Assembly (NCBI GenBank): GCA_021732585.1 | Contig: JAKFUR010000038.1 | Coordinates: forward strand, 1 to 52,253 | Reading direction: 5' to 3' | DNA length: 52,253 bases | From: Bacteriovoracaceae bacterium | GTDB lineage: Bacteria > Bdellovibrionota > Bacteriovoracia > Bacteriovoracales > Bacteriovoracaceae | In this document: one piece after another, positions 17,682-25,960 of the stretch | Numbering within the stretch: position 1 is the stretch's first letter | Layout of the letters: every line of letters starts with the position of its first letter | Program-made: the position numbers and the translations under genes | The notes under the pieces: model-generated | What the model was told of the DNA's origin: nothing | Databases searched by the model: none | The model's input: the letters and a program-made list of their open reading frames with translations, nothing else

Positions 17682-18444
17682 AGGCCCCACTTATGAGGTC
17701 ATGGGACATGCGAGCGAGTCCTACACGATCGTGTTCTGGTGCCGGATGAATCGCGGGGATCTCAGTCACGTGAGCGACAACATTTTTTTGCTGGCAAAGT
17801 TTGAAAAGGTGATCGGGAAAAGTCATATCGCCGTACCAGCAGACAAGGTCTGCATTGGAGGGTGAGAATTTATCATCGTTGATCGAGACATACTTCAAGC
17901 ATAGCGGATAAAGCGGTACTTGGCAGTCGATGACTGTCTGAAAAAAGGGCGTTTTAAAGGGTAGAACACTTGAGCCATTTGAGCTGGTACCCTCTGGAAA
18001 CAAGAGGATACTGAATCCTTCCGAGAGGCGCTGCCTCATACTGCCCATTTCACGATTGATCGTCTGTGGGTCACGCTTGCGTAAACGACGCTCTACGAAG
18101 AAACAACCTGCGAGATCACATAGCTTTCCAAGGAGAAATGTTTCGCGAATTTCTACCGATGTAATGAAGAGTGATGGATAGTGACGGAACAGTACAAGTG
18201 CATCGAGGTACGATACGTGATTGCAAACGATGAATGATTTTGAAAGGTCAGTCTTTCCGTTCGGAAACTCAACTTTTACATTGAGAATTTTAAGCGCCCA
18301 GCCAGCGGTGCGAGCGATGCTGCGAAGAAAATAGCGCAGGCGTTTTTGCTCATCACGAATAATGAAATTGATCAGCGTGTGGTGAACCAGGTGGGTCATG
18401 ATGATCGCAAAGACACCTGCGAACTTCAAAACCGCGCGGATCAC
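17668..18444 (-). CDS. olsA: PlsC-type lysolipid O-acyltransferase (OlsA-like)
   Basis: HX4D motif CNHVSYLDA and a FPEGTSS block. A GTGA overlap joins it to the upstream OlsB-like gene, which is the classical olsB-olsA order. Confidence 0.6.
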   Translation of the reverse strand: MIRAVLKFAGVFAIIMTHLVHHTLINFIIRDEQKRLRYFLRSIARTAGWALKILNVKVEFPNGKTDLSKSFIVCNHVSYLDALVLFRHYPSLFITSVEIRETFLLGKLCDLAGCFFVERRLRKRDPQTINREMGSMRQRLSEGFSILLFPEGTSSNGSSVLPFKTPFFQTVIDCQVPLYPLCLKYVSINDDKFSPSNADLVCWYGDMTFPDHLFKLCQQKNVVAHVTEIPAIHPAPEHDRVGLARMSHDLISGAYAKS

Positions 18445-19319
18445 TTGCTCTGTCCATTGTCAAACCGGCGATCAAAGGCCGGATTCATGGCATTGAAATC
18501 TATTACTGTGAAGATATCGATGCAGTCCATCTCCGCATCATAGGCAAAGTCTTTGCCAACTTTCGCTCCCGCGAGGATGTACATATTCAAAAGTGAGTTG
18601 AGATGTTTTTTGTCGGTGGTGACCTCATTGGGATCAAAGCTCATGTCGACGTTGAGATCAGGAAAATGCTCAAGCGCAAAATCAGGCTGGGCTTTCACAT
18701 GATACTCTTCGAGAAATGCCTTGTTAGCATGGGTGGATTTCATCAAGCTGGGCATACTGCCAAAATCTTTGCGTCCTACGCTCGAGCAACCGAACATGTA
18801 CTTCGTTTGAGTAAGTGCAGCGTACTCACACAGTCCACGCCACAGCAAACGAACCACGATGCCTGAGCGGTGGTCTTTATGAACACAGGCACGACCCAGT
18901 TCAAGCTTGTTGCCGGGGATCTTTAGGAATTCATCGAGGTTAAATTCACCCTCAGTATAATAGCGCTCACCGCTCTTCATGCGTTGAGATGAAGTGAGAC
19001 GGTAACAGGCGATGATCTTGCCCGTTCTTTTCTCTTTGACGATGAGATGGTCACACGTGAAGTCGTTGCCATCGATGTCGTACGGCATCAGATACTTAGG
19101 CGGCTTGAAAGTGGCGAACTCATTGAAAAACACTTCAAAGCGCAAACGCAGGACCTGGTCGAGTTCATCCACGTGCTCGATGGTTTTGACTTCGTAGGTT
19201 TTGTTATCAAAGTGCAGCTTCACGGAAGCCGGACGGAAACGTCCGCCCTTCAGCTTCATGTAATGAGGCGATCGGACGACAAAATATTTAAGGGCCTGGG
19301 TCCAGTTGAGCGTTTCCAT
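18441..19319 (-). CDS. olsB: GNAT-like (hemolysin-like) N-acyl amino acid synthase (OlsB-like)
   Basis: Sequence pattern of the OlsB/Acetyltransf_5 family as I recall it (RLRFEVFFNEF...DHLIV...ACYRL...YYTEGEF...ELGRACVHKDHR). ATG at 19319 is preferred because 19391 is a TTG inside the upstream gene. Confidence 0.6.
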   Translation of the reverse strand: METLNWTQALKYFVVRSPHYMKLKGGRFRPASVKLHFDNKTYEVKTIEHVDELDQVLRLRFEVFFNEFATFKPPKYLMPYDIDGNDFTCDHLIVKEKRTGKIIACYRLTSSQRMKSGERYYTEGEFNLDEFLKIPGNKLELGRACVHKDHRSGIVVRLLWRGLCEYAALTQTKYMFGCSSVGRKDFGSMPSLMKSTHANKAFLEEYHVKAQPDFALEHFPDLNVDMSFDPNEVTTDKKHLNSLLNMYILAGAKVGKDFAYDAEMDCIDIFTVIDFNAMNPAFDRRFDNGQSK

Positions 19320-19330
19320 GAGGTCCAATC

Positions 19331-20164
19331 TTACTTCAATAAAAGGCGCAAAGATTCGATTGAATCGAGGATTGAAGTAGGTGATTTCCAAGGGATAAAA
19401 TGATTCATACCTTGAAGTATGTGGGCCCCTTTAATCAGTCCAGGTGAAAGTGTTTTTTGTAAGAAAGACACGTTTCCAACTGGAACCAGTGGGTCCTTAT
19501 CCCCGTGAATAATCATGACCGGTACTGTGATGAGACTCATTTTTGTGCGTAGTGTCTCTAAATGAGGTTTGAGAGCGTAAATTTCCTCGTTGCAGACGCG
19601 CAGGTCATTGGGCAGCAAAACACGGAAGGGCCACCAGGTGCCGACATGCTGGTACCACTTAATATCTTCGAGCTCTGGGTCTACCGAGCTTGCGACAAAG
19701 ACGAGTCCTGCGACTTTGCTGGGATGGTTCACTGCCATTTGTGCGATGACGGGACCACCGAAAGAATGGCCCACGAGAATCGCCGGCAATCCACTGGTGT
19801 TGAACTGCAAGGCTTCCACCACGTCATCGGCCTGTTGACTCACACTCAATTCAGCCTCGCCCTTTCCTGAACCGCCAAAACCAGGGCGGTCGATGGCGAT
19901 GAGATGGAATTCTTCGATGAGTTTTGGATTTTGTAAAAACTGTGCCCAGGCTTCCCATGATCCGGGCGAGCCGTGCACGAAAAGTAGCGGACGTTTTTGT
20001 GGGTTCCCGTTCCAGGCAAGTCGCATGGTACGTGCTTTGGTTTTGTACGTGATGAAGTGTGGAGGGCGAAGCGCCTCAAATTTCGCGATGTCGGTCTTGA
20101 TGGACTTCATAGGATTCTGCCAGGCGCACGAAGTGAGAAGGACGAGGGCCAAGAGGCGAGGCAT
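19331..20164 (-). CDS. Alpha/beta-hydrolase lipoprotein
   Basis: Lipobox LLTSC, nucleophile elbow GHSFGG, HGSPGS oxyanion region and C-terminal His (GMNHF). Confidence 0.75.
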   Translation of the reverse strand: MPRLLALVLLTSCAWQNPMKSIKTDIAKFEALRPPHFITYKTKARTMRLAWNGNPQKRPLLFVHGSPGSWEAWAQFLQNPKLIEEFHLIAIDRPGFGGSGKGEAELSVSQQADDVVEALQFNTSGLPAILVGHSFGGPVIAQMAVNHPSKVAGLVFVASSVDPELEDIKWYQHVGTWWPFRVLLPNDLRVCNEEIYALKPHLETLRTKMSLITVPVMIIHGDKDPLVPVGNVSFLQKTLSPGLIKGAHILQGMNHFIPWKSPTSILDSIESLRLLLK

Positions 20165-20835
20165 CAGTGAAAGCTCAGGGAAGTCTTCTGACTCCCGAGC
20201 CGCCCTTCAGCGTTGAGAAATTTAATCGGTGGAGTGAAGTCGCGGATCTCGTGGAGCGTCTTATCTTTTTTAAAGACGAAGATGATCTCTCCCGCCACCA
20301 TACGTACGAAGAAGTTCTCCGGCTTAAGTGTCCAGGTGACGAACTCGGCGTCCTCGGAGGTTCGGTGGAAGATGAATGAAAATGTTTCCATGCGGTCCGG
20401 CGCCAAGAGCTGGAACTGAAACGTTTTGAGTTCTTCTTTCTTCTTCCATTCCTGGGCGAGACCTGCGGCGATGATTGGCGGTACGAGGACGCGCGACTTC
20501 GAGGGAACTCGTAGCGTCTCTTTGTCGTCGTTGAGCTTGAGCTTCCACTTATCGCCCTGTCGAGTCATCGTGAAGCGCTGATTATTTTGGTGCTGGGTCC
20601 ATATATAGCTTTCGATCTGACCATCCTCGGCTAGAAGCACAGTCTCTTCTGAGAGTAAAACGCCATTCTCATCGCGAAACGTAGTGACATGTTTCATGGT
20701 TGTGTCGAGCGGGTTGAAAGCGTTTTCCATCGTAAAAAGTGAGACTCCAAGGGAGTTGAGATGAGAAGATTTTCCGATCAGCGTGGTCTGCGCCTGGGCA
20801 GCGTTAAGAAGAAAAAAAAACAAGAGAGTTTTCAT
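20164..20835 (-). CDS. Secreted hypothetical protein
   Basis: Signal peptide MKTLLFFFLLNAAQA. ATGA overlap with the upstream UbiA gene and a 1-nt overlap with the downstream hydrolase. No family recognised. Confidence 0.55.
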   Translation of the reverse strand: MKTLLFFFLLNAAQAQTTLIGKSSHLNSLGVSLFTMENAFNPLDTTMKHVTTFRDENGVLLSEETVLLAEDGQIESYIWTQHQNNQRFTMTRQGDKWKLKLNDDKETLRVPSKSRVLVPPIIAAGLAQEWKKKEELKTFQFQLLAPDRMETFSFIFHRTSEDAEFVTWTLKPENFFVRMVAGEIIFVFKKDKTLHEIRDFTPPIKFLNAEGRLGSQKTSLSFH

Positions 20836-21704
20836 GAGAATCTCCCTACGAGAAACATGCTGATAAATCCGACGCTCGATGTGAGCGTGAGAGTGTTCAG
20901 GCAGGAGGCGGCATTCTTATAGTTAGCTTCTGAGGGCGTTTTCCAAGAGGCGTGTGCCCAGCGCAAAAGTCTGATTCCGGCGGGAAGCTGAAGTAAAATG
21001 AACGCGAGCCAGCGAAGATCCACAGACAAGAGCAAAAGAGCACCAAGCGCGACAGAGAGACAACTAATGCTGAAAATAAAAGTTCCTCGGATACCAAAGA
21101 GTCGGCTGAGCGTAAGATCACCACGCTGGCGATCTTCGTCATGCTGATAGATTTGTGTGAGCGGATAGGCCGCCACCACCATAAAAAAGGAAACGACTAA
21201 TCCGAGGTTATCAAGAAACAGCGATGTTCCGTTGGCCGTCGTCTGGTTGACCAACCAGTAAATCACTGGCCCTTGGAATGTTGCTACGACGAGGAGGCTT
21301 ATCCATGGCATGGCCTTAAGTCTCACAGCGGGGTGACTGTAGAGTTTGCTGGCGATGCCATAGGCGATCAGAGCGATGGTAGGGATGGGACCAAAACAGA
21401 TGGCAGTCAAGGCAAGACCCAAGGTCTCTAGGCCTACTGCGATGGTGAGAAGTTGGGAGTCCACCATCGGAGGCTTTTCGAGCCCTCCGATACTTCCTTT
21501 GTCACGGTCATAGTAGCTGTTGAAACCGTGACTAGCTGGAAAGATGGCCACTGCGAGGATGAGAAATAATGCCAAGGCCGACACGAGGTTAGCTGAAGGA
21601 TTCTGTGCCAGCGCAAAAAAGAAGACTGGCGTCAGCGAGAACGAATGGAGAAATCGCAGATGCTTAATCGTACTACTGGTCGGCAGCCAATCCTGTGTAT
21701 CCAC
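20832..21704 (-). CDS. UbiA-family prenyltransferase (polytopic membrane protein)
   Basis: About 8 hydrophobic helices with two Asp-rich motifs (GFNSYYDRDKG and YQHDEDRQRGD) in the expected loops. GTG start. Confidence 0.6.
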   Translation of the reverse strand: MDTQDWLPTSSTIKHLRFLHSFSLTPVFFFALAQNPSANLVSALALFLILAVAIFPASHGFNSYYDRDKGSIGGLEKPPMVDSQLLTIAVGLETLGLALTAICFGPIPTIALIAYGIASKLYSHPAVRLKAMPWISLLVVATFQGPVIYWLVNQTTANGTSLFLDNLGLVVSFFMVVAAYPLTQIYQHDEDRQRGDLTLSRLFGIRGTFIFSISCLSVALGALLLLSVDLRWLAFILLQLPAGIRLLRWAHASWKTPSEANYKNAASCLNTLTLTSSVGFISMFLVGRFS

Positions 21705-21709
21705 CGAAA

Positions 21710-22402
21710 TCAGAAATCTCTCGTCACGCCAAGACTTGGAAGTAAGCTCTTGCGACGGAAGCGGTCATTGTTCTTCCTCAGCTTTTGAGTCGTGGTGTAT
21801 TCCGTGAAAGCAAAATTCGCGGCGAGCTTGAGACCCCAGCCGTTTCCTAGATTTCTGATCGCATAGAACTCTGAATTAAGAGATCCGCGATCATTTTCAC
21901 TGATGAGGAGAAGATTGAAGGGCGTTGGACGAGCTGAGACTTCATCAGGAAAAGATGCGTCATCTTTCTTGGGATTGTATTTCGCTTTCTGTTTTTTACC
22001 AAAGCTGCCACCAATGACATCGATATTTGTACCAAAGCCCCAGTTGGCGCTCCACTGATAGAGGAACTGCACCATGGCGTTGAGCGATGTCACTTGTGTC
22101 GTCGCCAATCTCAGATCATCAATATTTTCTTTCTTGTCCTCGAGAAAAATAACTTGCGGGCCTTCTTGCCCTGTTGTTAACAGCGCCGGCGCTGTTTTGT
22201 ATCCTTGGTCTGAGCCCCAAGTTGAAGTTCCACGAATACCGAATCCGATCCAGAGCTTCGTATTGGATACACGCCAGAAGCGAGTCGCATCGAGCGCCAG
22301 CTGTTGTTCGTTATTGCCAGCCGAGGAGCTCAGCGCGAGCCGATCGAATGCTAAAGCAGAGAACGGGAGAGTGAGTAAGAATAGGAAACTAAGTTGCTTC
22401 AT
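21710..22402 (-). CDS. Outer-membrane beta-barrel protein (hypothetical)
   Basis: Signal peptide, alternating amphipathic strands and a C-terminal aromatic residue (...GVTRDF) typical of outer-membrane proteins. Confidence 0.5.
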   Translation of the reverse strand: MKQLSFLFLLTLPFSALAFDRLALSSSAGNNEQQLALDATRFWRVSNTKLWIGFGIRGTSTWGSDQGYKTAPALLTTGQEGPQVIFLEDKKENIDDLRLATTQVTSLNAMVQFLYQWSANWGFGTNIDVIGGSFGKKQKAKYNPKKDDASFPDEVSARPTPFNLLLISENDRGSLNSEFYAIRNLGNGWGLKLAANFAFTEYTTTQKLRKNNDRFRRKSLLPSLGVTRDF

Positions 22403-23007
22403 TTGACGGCTCCTTCGATGTGTAGGCTGACTGGCAATTTGTTGCTTGCATCAATGAAAAGAAACTTCTTCACCGTGATATCAAAGTCGGAACGTTTCAT
22501 CATCCAGTCACCCTTCAGTGTGAACTGAGTTTTGTCGTCGTTCAGTGTGACGGTCACAGGAACGTTTTGCTCGCGGGCCACACCATGGATCGTCCAGAGA
22601 ATCCGCGCCGACTTATCACCTAAGGTGAACGGAGTGACGAGATGTGCGGTGATCGTAGTATGCACAGGCGAATTTTTTCCGGTGGCCGGCAAAACATCAT
22701 TTTGGCAGACGTGCTCTTTTGGAAAGTCCGACTGCTTATAGTCAAGAGTCAGGGAGGATTGCAGATGGCAGATAAAATTTTTGTCGTCGTTCTTGAGGTC
22801 TGTGACCGCAAGAACGAGGTCGGCTTCCAGGATCTGAGTTCGATCGTTGTTCCAGAAGACTTGACCGGTGAGCTTGCTGGCTTCGAGCTTGTGAGTACCG
22901 AAGGTGTAGGGCACCTTCAGCTCAATTTGAGATTTTGTAAATATGGAGTCGTTGGCATTCGCTCCCAACAAGAACACAAAACTGAGAACTGTGTAGATTA
23001 GTTTCAT
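22399..23007 (-). CDS. YceI-like (polyisoprenoid/lipid-binding) periplasmic protein, tentative
   Basis: ATG at 23007 gives a signal peptide. The size and pattern loosely match YceI (KVPYTFGTHKLEASKLTGQVFW ... KRSDFDITVKK ... VSLHIEG). Confidence 0.4.
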   Translation of the reverse strand: MKLIYTVLSFVFLLGANANDSIFTKSQIELKVPYTFGTHKLEASKLTGQVFWNNDRTQILEADLVLAVTDLKNDDKNFICHLQSSLTLDYKQSDFPKEHVCQNDVLPATGKNSPVHTTITAHLVTPFTLGDKSARILWTIHGVAREQNVPVTVTLNDDKTQFTLKGDWMMKRSDFDITVKKFLFIDASNKLPVSLHIEGAVK

Positions 23008-23020
23008 GGAGGACGTCACC

Positions 23021-24415
23021 TTAGTGATTGAGTTCTTCTGCCGCTTTCAGCAAATCTGCCAAAAATGGTTTCAGGATTTTTTCGTTTTGTTCAGGATGGG
23101 CTGTGATGAGACGAATGAACGAGTCATCTTTTCTCGTCGCCATGTTCACCATCGCCTGGCCTTTCTTCATGAGATGTTCGCGCAGCGAACGATGCCACTG
23201 AGAACTCGGCATCTGCTGAGGGCGTTTCACGCGAAAGCATACATTGAGGGATGTCGGTTCGCAAACAAGTTCAAGACCCGCCGTTTGTTTAATCAGTGTC
23301 GCGGCGGTTTGAGCGTTGGTGAAAAGTGTGTCGACGTAGTTCTCTAGGCCGTTATCCCCAAGGGCACGCCAGGCAAACCAGACTTTAATTCCATCGGCTT
23401 TGCGACCACATTGCAACGATGACGGTCCTAGATCCCAAGAGCCGGCATCTGACGCATGGAAAATATAATCAGCACCGCCGCCACCGTGAGATGAACGAAG
23501 GGCGTTGGCATGAGGAGTGAGAAAGAATGAACTCACCAATCCAGTGCCGAGCATTTTATGAGTGTCCCATCCCAGTGAGTCGGCGTTCTCAATACCTTTC
23601 ATGAGATGGCGATGCTTGCGCGAAACGAGCACGCTGCCACCCCAAGCACCATCTACGTGCAGCCAGATTTTTTCTTCCCGTGCGATAAGACTTAACTCAT
23701 CGATTGGATCGAATTCACCTAAGACAGTTGTTCCGGCCGTGGCGGCGATGAAGAAGGGACGCTCACCTTGAGAGCGGCTTTCTTGGATCGCGATCTTCAA
23801 AGCCTCCGGTGACATACGGCCTTGTTCATCAGCAGGTACAGCGCGAATATTATCCGTGCCCAGTCCCATGATGTTGGCAGCTTTACCGAAAGAGTAGTGG
23901 GCTTCTTCGCTGACGAAGGCGACGAGACGGGCCCCGTGCATTCCGGTTTTTTTATATTCAGGAAAAAGTTTATTGCGGGCCATGAGGAGACCCACGAGAT
24001 TGGCGTTGGAGCCACCGGTGACCATGATGCCATCACCATTTTTCCAACCCGCAAAACCGCATAAGTGTTGGACTAACTCACGTTCCATTAGGGTCGCCGC
24101 AGGCGAAGCCTCAAACGTGGCCATGGTGGTATTGGTCACAGCGGCGAGCATTTCACCGGCGAGTGCCCACGGCTGGAGGCCCGAGAAAAGTTGATTCATG
24201 AAATGGGGATCAAGCGTCGCCACGGCATGCTTCAAGTAATTATGGAGGTCTTGCTGCAGTTGATGATCGGTTTGAGGGCCGGCCGAAAGGGTGAGGTCTA
24301 GCTTTTCTTTGAGCTCAATCGGCGCGAGAGCTGGACCGACACCACGTTCACGGAGCTGACGAAGGTACTGTTCAATCGTCTTTTGTGTAAGTTGGAGAAC
24401 TTCAGAGTGATTCAT
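23021..24415 (-). CDS. Group II PLP-dependent amino-acid decarboxylase (cysteine sulfinate / glutamate decarboxylase-like)
   Basis: Motifs GGSNANL, HVDGAWGG and the PLP-lysine context SLGWDTHKMLG. Overlaps the cysteine dioxygenase gene by 14 nt. Confidence 0.8.
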   Translation of the reverse strand: MNHSEVLQLTQKTIEQYLRQLRERGVGPALAPIELKEKLDLTLSAGPQTDHQLQQDLHNYLKHAVATLDPHFMNQLFSGLQPWALAGEMLAAVTNTTMATFEASPAATLMERELVQHLCGFAGWKNGDGIMVTGGSNANLVGLLMARNKLFPEYKKTGMHGARLVAFVSEEAHYSFGKAANIMGLGTDNIRAVPADEQGRMSPEALKIAIQESRSQGERPFFIAATAGTTVLGEFDPIDELSLIAREEKIWLHVDGAWGGSVLVSRKHRHLMKGIENADSLGWDTHKMLGTGLVSSFFLTPHANALRSSHGGGGADYIFHASDAGSWDLGPSSLQCGRKADGIKVWFAWRALGDNGLENYVDTLFTNAQTAATLIKQTAGLELVCEPTSLNVCFRVKRPQQMPSSQWHRSLREHLMKKGQAMVNMATRKDDSFIRLITAHPEQNEKILKPFLADLLKAAEELNH

Positions 24416-24908
24416 TGGCCACTTTATCTACCCATTCATTGAGGGTTTCATCAAACACCTGCATGCTATGGAGTGGGCGGGCATAGAGATGTAAACTTAC
24501 GGCCCCGGTGTTCGATGAGAGCTTGTGAAAACAAGCCAAATCGTTAATGTGGGAGACACTGCCATCTGTGAGTTTGGCTTCATGGACAGGAATCGCTTCA
24601 TAAGGACGATAACGAGTTTCAATGAGCTCACCACTCAAAACATGCATGTAGCATTGGCTGCCGCCATGGCCATGAATGGGAGAGGAGCTTCCTATCCCCC
24701 AGGTCATAAGCACAAGCTCAAATTGGTCATTGTGAAACATGACCTGACGTGTGCGCTGGCCCGGTTGAGGAGCTGGCATCTGTGGACGCGCCGATATTTC
24801 TTTTAGCAAAAAGCGGGGATCGTTTTGAACCGAAGTTTGTTGGACCAGTTGGTGAACGAGAAAATTCACCTGATCGATAAAGCCATTTTTTTCTTCAGCT
24901 ATGTTCAT
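24402..24908 (-). CDS. Cysteine dioxygenase type I (cupin)
   Basis: Cupin metal-binding motif SSPIHGHGGSQCYMHVLSGEL and a later His (CFHKL). The size (168 aa) is typical of bacterial cysteine dioxygenases. Confidence 0.7.
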   Translation of the reverse strand: MNIAEEKNGFIDQVNFLVHQLVQQTSVQNDPRFLLKEISARPQMPAPQPGQRTRQVMFHNDQFELVLMTWGIGSSSPIHGHGGSQCYMHVLSGELIETRYRPYEAIPVHEAKLTDGSVSHINDLACFHKLSSNTGAVSLHLYARPLHSMQVFDETLNEWVDKVANESL

Positions 24909-24920
24909 AAGTTTTATTTT

Positions 24921-24939
24921 ATGTTAATATATAAACATT
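24921..24939. promoter_or_regulatory. Palindromic operator candidate, copy 1 (ATGTTAATATATAAACATT)
   Basis: Lies 13 nt upstream of the cysteine dioxygenase start and 21 nt upstream of the YHS gene start. It matches 27437-27455 at 18 of 19 positions. Imperfect dyad ATGTTAATA|TATAAACAT. Confidence 0.6.
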
Positions 24940-24959
24940 AAAAAACAAGGAGTCTCTTC

Positions 24960-25412
24960 ATGAACGTTTTAAAGTCCCTTTTTGTGACATTGAGCTTTTT
25001 AATTGGTTCTAGTCTATTGCAAGCCGCGGACATTCGTCCTTATAATCCTCAGGGGGGATACGGTGCAGCAGGGTATGATGTAATAAGTTATCAGACTGAG
25101 CAAAAAGCTCGTCCCGGTAAGAAAGAGTATAAAGCCGCTCACGATGGCGTGACCTATCTCTTCTCAAGCAATGAGAATCTCGCGATTTTCCAAGAGAATC
25201 CAGCTAAATACGTTCCAGCTTATGGCGGCTGGTGCGCTTACGCGATTGCCGATGCAGAAGAGGTCGAGATTGACCCAGAAACATTTAAAGTTATCGATGG
25301 CCGGGTTTATCTTTTCTATAATGGCATCTGGGGCAATACTCTTAAGAAGTGGAATAAAGATGAAGCTTCTTTAAAGAGTAAAGCTGACAAAGTATGGAAC
25401 TCGCGCCAATAG
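24960..25412 (+). CDS. Secreted YHS-domain protein
   Basis: Signal peptide, pattern GYDVISYQ...HDGVTYLFSSNENLAIFQENPAKYVPAYGGWCAYAIA, and RBS AAGGAG. Confidence 0.6.
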   Translation: MNVLKSLFVTLSFLIGSSLLQAADIRPYNPQGGYGAAGYDVISYQTEQKARPGKKEYKAAHDGVTYLFSSNENLAIFQENPAKYVPAYGGWCAYAIADAEEVEIDPETFKVIDGRVYLFYNGIWGNTLKKWNKDEASLKSKADKVWNSRQ

Positions 25413-25960
25413 ACTTTCACACTCTTTTTTCCGGGCTGCTCCAGCAGCCCGTGCTTTTATTTCTGAGCATAATCCTAGCGACATTTGTTTTAGAAGATCC
25501 TGCGACCATCGCGGTCGGGGTGCTCTTGGCCAAGGGTCTTGTTTCATGGCCTTTTGCCCTCATAGCGTTGGGTGCAGGTATCTTTCTTGGAGATGTGGGT
25601 CTCTATGGCCTTGGGCGGGGAGTTCGCGCGGGATTCTTTCGTCAGCGCTCGTGGAGCTATCGGCCTAACAAGTTTGATCTTATTCTAGCGCGCTTTGTCC
25701 CCGGCTTACGCACACTCACTTTTGGTGCCGCTGGTTTTTTTCATTTTCCGCTAGGGTTTTTCTTGTTGATCACTTTTCCCTCAACCATCGTCTGGACAGG
25801 CATTTTGCTAGCAGGCACGGATCATCTGGTGCGTGAGTTTAGTTTTGTGCCCTGGTGGGGATGGGCCTTAGTGGGTCTAAGCATAATGGGGCTCGGTCAT
25901 TGGGTGAAAGCGAAATTTACAGCAAGTCGCGGTGGCGATAGGCCTTCCACACCCGCATGA
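25394..25960 (+). CDS. DedA/SNARE-associated (VTT domain) membrane protein
   Basis: Four or more transmembrane segments and the motif FVLEDPATIAVGVL...GDVGLYGLGRG. Overlaps the YHS gene by 19 nt. Confidence 0.55.
   Translation: MELAPIDFHTLFSGLLQQPVLLFLSIILATFVLEDPATIAVGVLLAKGLVSWPFALIALGAGIFLGDVGLYGLGRGVRAGFFRQRSWSYRPNKFDLILARFVPGLRTLTFGAAGFFHFPLGFFLLITFPSTIVWTGILLAGTDHLVREFSFVPWWGWALVGLSIMGLGHWVKAKFTASRGGDRPSTPA

Noticed and set aside
20812-20820. An A9/T9 homopolymer encoding FFF in the signal peptide of gene 20164..20835, considered as a phase-variation tract. A T8 run at 50334-50341 was considered in the same way.
   Set aside because: The runs are short for slipped-strand switching, and they are adequately explained by Phe/Lys codons. 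There is no supporting evidence of length variation.
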